Source: Candidatus Iainarchaeum sp.
GTDB lineage: Archaea; Iainarchaeota; Iainarchaeia; Iainarchaeales; 0-14-0-20-34-12
Direction: 5' to 3'
DNA: 32,000 bases
Assembly (NCBI GenBank): GCA_030649345.1
Contig: JAUSKK010000016.1
Span: 36,788 to 68,787, forward strand
This document shows positions 25,575 to 32,000 of the stretch, piece by piece. The notes below the pieces were generated by a model. It ran no database searches. It had not been told where the DNA came from and saw only the letters and a list, made by a program, of their open reading frames with translations. A program made the position numbers and the translations under genes. The stretch's first letter is position 1, and the number at the start of each line of letters is the position of its first letter.

Positions 25575-25820
25575 ATGGTGACTATTACTCTTGCAGTTTC
25601 TGCTGAACTAAAACAAGATATGGAAAAGTTTCCGGAAATGAACTGGTCAGCTGTAGCTCGTGCAGCGATTCAACAAAAAATCAATGACTTAAAATTCTTG
25701 AAAGAATTCAAGAAAGACAGTGAGCTTACAGAAGAAGATGCTGTTCGAATGGGCCGAGAAGTTAGTATTGCTTTAGGCAAACGATTATTGCAATTGAAAA
25801 AAAAAGAGGCAGCAAAATGA
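25575..25820 (+). CDS. Ribbon-helix-helix antitoxin (VapB/CopG-like)
   Basis: An N-terminal beta-strand (TITLAVSAEL) followed by helices (NWSAVARAAIQQKINDL). 81 aa. Its stop overlaps the PIN gene start (ATGA, 25817-25820). Confidence 0.8.
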   Translation: MVTITLAVSAELKQDMEKFPEMNWSAVARAAIQQKINDLKFLKEFKKDSELTEEDAVRMGREVSIALGKRLLQLKKKEAAK

Positions 25821-26221
25821 ATTTGATTGTAGATGCCAATATTGTTTTTGCTGTTTTAATCAAACAAGGCATTTCCGAAGATTTGTTATTTGATGAACAG
25901 TTTACAATCTATGCTCCAGAGTTCCTTTTCATTGAATTTGAAAAATACAAGTCTTTTCTATTAACAAAAACCCATCGGACTGAAATAGAATTCATTCATG
26001 TTTTATCCACAATCCGAAATCACATTGTTTTAGTTCCATCGCAAGAACTTGAACCTTTTTTGGATCCCGCAAATCTAATTTCACCAGATCCGCGAGATAT
26101 TCCATATATTGCCTTAGCTATTAAACTGAATGCAGTTATTTGGTCCAATGATCGTTTGCTGAAAGAAAAATTGCCATCGTATGTTAAGGTCTATACTACT
26201 CAAGAACTCTTAAAGCTGTGA
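25817..26221 (+). CDS. PIN-domain nuclease (VapC-like toxin)
   Basis: LIVDANIVFAVLI (first acidic residue), FIEFEKY, DPRDIPYIALAIKLNAVIWSNDRLL (distal acidic residues). 134 aa. Confidence 0.85.
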   Translation: MNLIVDANIVFAVLIKQGISEDLLFDEQFTIYAPEFLFIEFEKYKSFLLTKTHRTEIEFIHVLSTIRNHIVLVPSQELEPFLDPANLISPDPRDIPYIALAIKLNAVIWSNDRLLKEKLPSYVKVYTTQELLKL

Positions 26222-26231
26222 ATTTTTTTAT

Positions 26232-28340
26232 ATGCCTCAAAATATTCAAGAAATTGTGTTAAAGTTAAATTCGTTTTCTTCCTTTAATCCAGTGCAAACT
26301 CAAGCGCTTGAACAGAATATTTTAACCAAAACTACTGTTGTAAGTGCTCCTACTAGTTCAGGCAAAACTTTGCTGGCTCACTTAACTGCTTTGGATTGTA
26401 TTTTGAATCGCAGAAAAAAAGTAATTTATACTTGTCCTTTGCGTGCTTTGGCTTCCGAGCATTTTCATGAATTTAAAGAAAAATATTCCAAAGAATTAGA
26501 TATTCGAATTGCAGTAAGCACTGGAGATTTAGATTCAACGTCCAAATATTTGAGTAAATACGATTTGATTGTAAGCACAAATGAAAAATTAGAAAGTTTG
26601 CTTCGCCATAATGCAGACTGGCTGAAACAAGTAGGCTTGTTGATTGTGGATGAAATTCATACTTTGGATTCAGACCGCGGACCAGTTATTGAAATGGTGA
26701 TTGCCAAACTCAAAATGTTAAATCCAGATTTGCAAATTTTAGCACTGAGTGCCACAGTGCCGAATTCGAAAGAAATAGCTGACTGGTTAAATGCTGAGCT
26801 TATTCAATCCAATTACAGGCCAGTGCCATTGCAAGAAGGAGTTTTGCTAGAAAATACTGTATATTATTCTGATTCTGAATTAGAAGAACTCAAACCTAGC
26901 ACAGATAGTATTCATTCGGCTGTACAAAATGTTTTAGAAAGAGAAAAACAAATTTTGGTATTTGTGCAAGACCGAAGAAGAGCTGAAAGCTTGGCTAAAA
27001 ATTTAAGTAAACGTATTTCCAAACAAGTATCTGAAAAAGAAAAAATTGTTTTGGAAAAACTTTCCAAGAAAATTTTACATTCATTGGAAAGTCCAACCGA
27101 GCAATGCAAAACTTTAGCTGAAGTTGTTAGTCAAGGAATTGCCTTTCATCATGCTGGAATTGTTCAAAAACAACGGAAATTAATTGAGGATGCTTTTCGT
27201 GCTCGTACTCTGAAAGCCATTATTGCAACTCCGACTTTAGGTGCAGGTCTCAATATGCCGTGCGAAACAGTTTTGGTTACCAGCATTCAAAGATATACCG
27301 AAAATGGAATGACTCCAATTTCAGTGAATGAATTCAAACAAATGGTTGGCCGTGCCGGCCGGCCGAAATACGATCAAACCGGCCGTGCTTGGGTTATTGC
27401 CAAACACAAGCATGAAAAAGATGATTTGTTGCAAAATTATATTCAAGGTTCTTTGGAAGACATTCATTCCAAGCTAGGAATTGAGCCAGTCTTGCGAATG
27501 CATGCTCTTTCTTTAATCGCGTCTAGATATGTTTTTGACTATCCTTCTCTTGAAAACTTTTTTTCAAAAACATTTTATGCAAAACAATACGGTGATCTAA
27601 AACAATTGCTTTCCAAATTGCATGAACTCATTCTTGAATTAGCTGAATTAAAATTTATTCAATTCAATTCTACTCAAACTGCATTTACGTGCACTCCTTT
27701 AGGCAAGCGAATTTCTGATTTGTATTTGGATCCTTTAAGTGCAAATACTTTACTGCAGTCTTTGGAATTTAATTTAGATTATTTTTCTTCCGTGTTTGCT
27801 TTATGCAATACTTTTGAAATGAAACCATACATTAATATTCCGGCCAAAAAAGAACAAACTATTTGGTTGAATTTGGTTGAACAAAAAGATTCATTGCCTT
27901 TGAATTTTGATCAAGCTCAATTTACGGATCCAGACTTACTGCAAAAGTTTTATTCGAGTTCAGTTTTTCAAGATTGGATTCAAGAAGTTTCCGAGCAAAC
28001 GATTTTAGAAAATTATAATTTACGGCCAGGAGTCCTGCATGCAAAATTGCAGCGCATGGATTGGCTGGCCTATGCTGCAATTGAATTAGCTAAATTGCAA
28101 GGAAAAGAAAAAACAGTCCAATTGTTTTATAGACTGCGAGCAAGGCTCAAACATGGATGTAAAGAAGATTTGTTAGAATTGGTTGAATTAAAAGGCATTG
28201 GAAGAGTGCGAGCCAGAAAACTAGTTCAAGCACATATTCGAAGTATTGCAGATATTAAACGCATTGATTTAGTTGATTTGGAGAAAATTATTGGAAAAAT
28301 CCCTGCTTTGAAAGTCAAACAACAGCTAAAACAAGCCTAA
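26232..28340 (+). CDS. hel308: Ski2-like DNA helicase Hel308/Hjm
   Basis: APTSSGKT (motif I), VDEIH (II), SAT (III), FHHAG, ATPTLGAGLNMP (V), QMVGRAGRP (VI), and a C-terminal HhH domain LVELKGIGRVRARKLV. 702 aa. Starts 10 bp after the PIN stop. Confidence 0.95.
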   Translation: MPQNIQEIVLKLNSFSSFNPVQTQALEQNILTKTTVVSAPTSSGKTLLAHLTALDCILNRRKKVIYTCPLRALASEHFHEFKEKYSKELDIRIAVSTGDLDSTSKYLSKYDLIVSTNEKLESLLRHNADWLKQVGLLIVDEIHTLDSDRGPVIEMVIAKLKMLNPDLQILALSATVPNSKEIADWLNAELIQSNYRPVPLQEGVLLENTVYYSDSELEELKPSTDSIHSAVQNVLEREKQILVFVQDRRRAESLAKNLSKRISKQVSEKEKIVLEKLSKKILHSLESPTEQCKTLAEVVSQGIAFHHAGIVQKQRKLIEDAFRARTLKAIIATPTLGAGLNMPCETVLVTSIQRYTENGMTPISVNEFKQMVGRAGRPKYDQTGRAWVIAKHKHEKDDLLQNYIQGSLEDIHSKLGIEPVLRMHALSLIASRYVFDYPSLENFFSKTFYAKQYGDLKQLLSKLHELILELAELKFIQFNSTQTAFTCTPLGKRISDLYLDPLSANTLLQSLEFNLDYFSSVFALCNTFEMKPYINIPAKKEQTIWLNLVEQKDSLPLNFDQAQFTDPDLLQKFYSSSVFQDWIQEVSEQTILENYNLRPGVLHAKLQRMDWLAYAAIELAKLQGKEKTVQLFYRLRARLKHGCKEDLLELVELKGIGRVRARKLVQAHIRSIADIKRIDLVDLEKIIGKIPALKVKQQLKQA

Positions 28341-28401
28341 TTTGTGTAAACTTTAAATAGTTAATATTCCTTTATTTCTTTAATACTATAAAGGGAAAAC
28401 T

Positions 28402-31400
28402 ATGCCTTTGGATATTAAACAATTTTTTTCAAATATAGGTCAAGGAATCAAAAATTTCTATTATGGTCTGGAAGACAAATATTATGATTTTGTTGACTGG
28501 CTAAAAGACCACGGAGTGCCTTTATACAAATTTACAGATTTTGTAGACCAATTTGCTCCCAGTTTTGTTGTATTGAGTTTAATTTTTTTATTATTAATTT
28601 TTTTAGGTTTATGGTTTTTTTTAGGAACTTCCATTACTGGAACAACCACTGAATTAACTGCAACTTTGATTGTATTGGATCCAGTGAATAATCCAGTGCA
28701 GGATGCCCAAGTTCAAGTTTTTTTGCCAGACAAAACTGAAACTCTTACAACCAATGTTTCTGGAAAAGTTCGTTTTATTCTTTCTGCAGAACAAGTGAGT
28801 GCGCGCGTCAAAATTGAAAAACAAGACTTCACAACATTTGATTCCAGTATAGATTTTGTTGCTGGATTGGAGAATACAATTAATTTAGGATTAATTACAG
28901 GCGGTCTAGCAGAATTTCAGGGAACCCAGTATACGGTTACTGTCACGAACTCTGAAACTGGAAGAAAAATCTCAGGCATTTCTATTGAAGGAAGTTTTAA
29001 TTGTTCCAATCCTGCTGTAGCTGATCCTTTACCTCAACGAACTACTCCTTTAGCGAATAGTCAACCTACGTTTACTTTTTCAGTTCCTGAAAACTGTAAT
29101 ACTTTAACTGGCACAATTTTAGCTTCAGGTTTTACGCAGGACACGAAACAAATTGGAAATCAAAATTTCATTTTTTCATTAACTCCGGAAGCAGTGCAAG
29201 CAGTTACTGGAACTTTAGATGTTCAAGTTTTGGATTCAAACAGCCGAGATGTCAATAATGCAATTGTCCGAGTTTTTAATTCAGACAATCAAGTTGTTAA
29301 AGAAGGAATTTCAGATTCGCATGGTTCTGCACGTTTAACTGAAATTCCTGCTGGAACTTATAAAGTAACTGCAACTAAAGCAGGACAAAGCAAGACCAAT
29401 GATTCTGTAGAAATTCAAGCTGGAAGAACTACAGCTATTACTCTTCAGTTTGCTCGTGCTGTATCTGGCCAAAAATTGTTTTTCAAAATTATAGATTCCA
29501 ATACTTCTCAAAATTTAGTTGAAGCTATTGTTTTAATTTACAAAAACTCGGATTGGGTTTCAGATATTTTAACCACAGATAATTCTGGAACAATTTCGTT
29601 TGCTTTAACAGATGCCGTGGATTCCAATACAACTTTTACTGCTTTGGTTTCCGAAGAAGGCTACAAAACTCAGTTGTTTAGATTAACGGTTCAACTTGCA
29701 AGTTCTACTGTTCCTCAAACATTCCAATTGGTTCCTGTGGATCCCGATTGTTCTGGTAATTGTGGAAATATTTTGGTGACAGTTCAAGATTCTGAACAAG
29801 TTGTACAAAATCAAGCGCAAGTAAATATTTATCGTGTAGAATTTTCCAATATTCCCATTAATTCTAATCCTTTATCTTTCTTTGACACCAATACAGACGG
29901 TCAAGTTTTATTTCAAGGAATGGCAGATGGAACTTATTATGCCAAAGCTACGAAGACTGAAAAATTAGGCCAATCTCCAACTCGTTTGCTTGCCAATGGT
30001 TTAGACATTGAATTGCCAGTAACCATTATTTTAGGTAATGGTTTTGTTGAAGTTACGGTTAAACAAAAAGATTCAGATCAACCAGTTGTTGCAGATGTAA
30101 ACTTTGTCAGCAATTTTAATGGTGCTTTGTTGGGTTCGTGTAGAACACAAGCTTTAGATGGAAAATGTACTAGTCAAAGTATTCCTGCGAATGAATTTGT
30201 TTGGGTTCAAGTAAGTGCGGAAGGATTTTTTCCTGTAGAGATTGGAGACAATGGTCGTGCTATTGATATTATTCCTGTAACTCCGAAACGAATTGAAGTA
30301 GAATTAACTTCTTTGGCCAATATTCCTGCAGGTGAAAAAATTAGATTAGAGTTAGACAAAATTTGTGCTTTTAGTCCTTCATGGGATTGCTCCAGTAATA
30401 CTTTATTGAATTCGAATGCATCTAGAGATACTCCTTATTTAGCAGTTTTCAATCTTCAATTTTTAGAACCTGCCGTGAATCCTGTTTTTCATTTACACAT
30501 AGGTTCGGATTTATTGCAAACATTGTATGAACAAGGAACTGTTCCTCCTTTGGGTTATAAAATTAAAATAGAAGAAGTACGCGCTCCCCAATCTGTTGTC
30601 CAATTGTATACTTGTTTTAAGCCAGTGAATGATTCTTTTTTTACGCAAGATTCTTCGATTGTAGATTGTGCTACAACAGCTGCTCAAGCCAATGCCAAGC
30701 AAGCTATTCTTTCTTGGCCTTTAGTGAATGTAGGTGAACGAAAAGTATTTGCTAAAATTTGGATTGAGAAAGCTCAAGCTCGCGGTTCTAGTGTTGAGTT
30801 GCATGCTCAAACCAAAGGAGATTTTTCTGGAACTGAATTTTTGAGTCCAAGATTGGATATCATTCGTTTATTGGGTGAAGCGCGTTGTTCTCCGGGTCAA
30901 GATGTTTTATGGCAATTTGGTTTCCAAGCTCCTTTCCAAGGAATTTTATTTAATCCAGTAGAACGTATAGGACCGGATGGATTAACTCAAATTACTGTAC
31001 TGCAAGCTTCCGAGTCTTTGACGACTTCTCAAGATTATTCTTTGAATTATCAGTTCTCGAATTGTTCAAATCGAACTTTACAAAATGTAGATTTAAGAAT
31101 CAAAGCCACCAATGTTGGCTTGAATGACATTTTGCTAGAACAAGATTTAGTGTTTAATGCTGAACCCAATGGTATTCCTGCTCCAGATGGAAGAATTGTT
31201 TCCATTCCTTCTTTGATTCGAGATTCTTCTTTTGGGCCAGAAAATATTAGTTTGTTTGCTCCAACCAAAACTGCTGCCAGTACTGGTTTCCAGTTTGCTT
31301 TATTGCAAGCTGGTCAAGCGAATATTGATGATGGAGTTCAGCATCTTCGTTTTGTTGTTCAAGGTGGAAACCAATTTGCTTTTGAGGGAATTCCAGAATA

Positions 31401-32000
31401 CATTATTGCCAACACAGAGCAAACTTTGGAAGGTGTAGTCAAAGATTATGAAACTTTATTGCCTTTAGAAAATGTTATCGTAGAATACAGGCCTTATCCT
31501 GGCCGTGCTTGGTCTAGTTCAGTTCATTCTTTTTCTACTCGCACGAATGCAGAAGGCCATTATAGTATTCCACTTACAAGAAACAATGGATTAATTATTC
31601 AAGTAGGAGATTCTGCCAGATTAATGTTTACTAAACCAAATTATGTGGAAGCCAAATTTTGGCCAGAAGCTCAAACTCTTGCAGGCTTTTCCGGAATTCA
31701 ATGCTTAATTGCCCCTGATTTAATTCATGTTAGCAGAATTTCTAGAGAAACCATTATAATTCAAAACAATTGTTCTGCTTTAAAATATAAATTTTCTACA
31801 GATGATTCTGCGAATTTAACTTTAAGTCAAATGCCCGGCAGTTCAACAATTGCACAAGGCCAAGAATATGATTTAGCCAGCAATCAATCTTTGCAAATTC
31901 GAATTCGTTCTTCTTCTAACTCTAGATTCGGAATTCATCCATTGTATTTAATGGTTCAACAATCCGGAGAAGATACTTTTACGGTTGGAAAAATTATTGA
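28402..32000 (+). CDS. Giant membrane-anchored surface protein with tandem carboxypeptidase-regulatory-like beta-sandwich repeats; 3' end lies beyond the window (at least 1199 codons)
   Basis: Absent from the ORF track. The ATG at 28402 follows an in-frame TAA at 28381 and an AAGGGA Shine-Dalgarno. I translated every codon to 31998 and found no stop. TM helix FAPSFVVLSLIFLLLIFLGLWFFLG. Canonical repeat: LDVQVLDSNSRDVNNAIVRVFNSDNQVVKEGISDSHGSARLTEIPAGTYKVTATKAGQS. Confidence 0.9.
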   Translation, partial: MPLDIKQFFSNIGQGIKNFYYGLEDKYYDFVDWLKDHGVPLYKFTDFVDQFAPSFVVLSLIFLLLIFLGLWFFLGTSITGTTTELTATLIVLDPVNNPVQDAQVQVFLPDKTETLTTNVSGKVRFILSAEQVSARVKIEKQDFTTFDSSIDFVAGLENTINLGLITGGLAEFQGTQYTVTVTNSETGRKISGISIEGSFNCSNPAVADPLPQRTTPLANSQPTFTFSVPENCNTLTGTILASGFTQDTKQIGNQNFIFSLTPEAVQAVTGTLDVQVLDSNSRDVNNAIVRVFNSDNQVVKEGISDSHGSARLTEIPAGTYKVTATKAGQSKTNDSVEIQAGRTTAITLQFARAVSGQKLFFKIIDSNTSQNLVEAIVLIYKNSDWVSDILTTDNSGTISFALTDAVDSNTTFTALVSEEGYKTQLFRLTVQLASSTVPQTFQLVPVDPDCSGNCGNILVTVQDSEQVVQNQAQVNIYRVEFSNIPINSNPLSFFDTNTDGQVLFQGMADGTYYAKATKTEKLGQSPTRLLANGLDIELPVTIILGNGFVEVTVKQKDSDQPVVADVNFVSNFNGALLGSCRTQALDGKCTSQSIPANEFVWVQVSAEGFFPVEIGDNGRAIDIIPVTPKRIEVELTSLANIPAGEKIRLELDKICAFSPSWDCSSNTLLNSNASRDTPYLAVFNLQFLEPAVNPVFHLHIGSDLLQTLYEQGTVPPLGYKIKIEEVRAPQSVVQLYTCFKPVNDSFFTQDSSIVDCATTAAQANAKQAILSWPLVNVGERKVFAKIWIEKAQARGSSVELHAQTKGDFSGTEFLSPRLDIIRLLGEARCSPGQDVLWQFGFQAPFQGILFNPVERIGPDGLTQITVLQASESLTTSQDYSLNYQFSNCSNRTLQNVDLRIKATNVGLNDILLEQDLVFNAEPNGIPAPDGRIVSIPSLIRDSSFGPENISLFAPTKTAASTGFQFALLQAGQANIDDGVQHLRFVVQGGNQFAFEGIPEYIIANTEQTLEGVVKDYETLLPLENVIVEYRPYPGRAWSSSVHSFSTRTNAEGHYSIPLTRNNGLIIQVGDSARLMFTKPNYVEAKFWPEAQTLAGFSGIQCLIAPDLIHVSRISRETIIIQNNCSALKYKFSTDDSANLTLSQMPGSSTIAQGQEYDLASNQSLQIRIRSSSNSRFGIHPLYLMVQQSGEDTFTVGKII
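28657..30285 (+). repeat. About six tandem protein-level repeats of roughly 80-100 aa (CarboxypepD_reg / transthyretin-like) inside the giant ORF
   Basis: The recurring pattern is h-x-V-x-V-x-D ... A-x-V ... T-D/N-x-x-G ... G-x-Y ... A-x-K-x-G-[YF]. Examples: LIVLDPVNNPVQDAQVQVFL...SGKVRF, FKIIDSNTSQNLVEAIVLIY...TDNSGTISF...EEGYKT, ILVTVQDSEQ...QAQVNIY...TDGQVLF...DGTYYAKATK, VEVTVKQKD...ADVNF...AEGFFP. One more copy lies at about 31426-31659. Confidence 0.6.

Noticed and set aside
26232-28340. The helicase as a defence-system component (Hachiman HamB-like) paired with the upstream PIN
   Set aside because: The full Hel308 motif set and the C-terminal HhH domain argue for the housekeeping repair helicase. 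I saw no HamA/DUF1837-like partner.
30511-31438. The three short ORFs that are the only track entries after 28340 (30511..30702, 31050..31268, 31232..31438)
   Set aside because: All are antisense or out of frame relative to the uninterrupted 1199-codon frame starting at 28402, and their peptides are low complexity.
1-32000. Alternative genetic code, CRISPR arrays, IS elements or integrases, tRNA or rRNA genes
   Set aside because: All recognisable genes are intact with standard stops. I saw no regularly spaced direct repeats, no transposase or integrase motifs, and no GC-rich cloverleaf-like or rRNA-like segments. tRNAscan or Infernal would be the decisive check.

Overview
AT-rich (about one-third G+C by eye), gene-dense segment read in the standard code. 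I read it as archaeal, probably a reduced DPANN-like genome. The markers are aCPSF1, proteasome beta, NAC, Hel308, a Fap7-type kinase, archaeal-type PGK, an NFACT protein and a PRC-barrel protein. I saw no rRNA, tRNA, CRISPR array, transposase, integrase or reverse transcriptase. All family calls are motif recognition by eye; no searches were run.

Two real genes are missing from the supplied ORF track because their stops lie outside the window:
- A giant surface-protein ORF starts at 28402 and is still open at 32000. I translated all 1199 codons and found no stop.
- The N-terminus of a beta-CASP nuclease lies on the minus strand at 1..421.

Recognisable content:
- A PMM/PGM, class-I GAPDH and archaeal-type PGK operon.
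- A Nudix hydrolase, an FKBP PPIase and a SAM methyltransferase.
- An RHH-PIN toxin-antitoxin pair abutting Hel308.

The rest is lineage-specific:
- A three-gene surface module (10057..15432) built around a 1269-aa sequon-rich giant.
- Several secreted proteins with lipobox-like signals.
- A small paralogous family of basic Gly-loop proteins, two of which flank the Nudix gene.

The best candidates for new biology are the giant surface proteins and the paralog family. I see no clear defence or mobile system, and most of the window is ordinary housekeeping.
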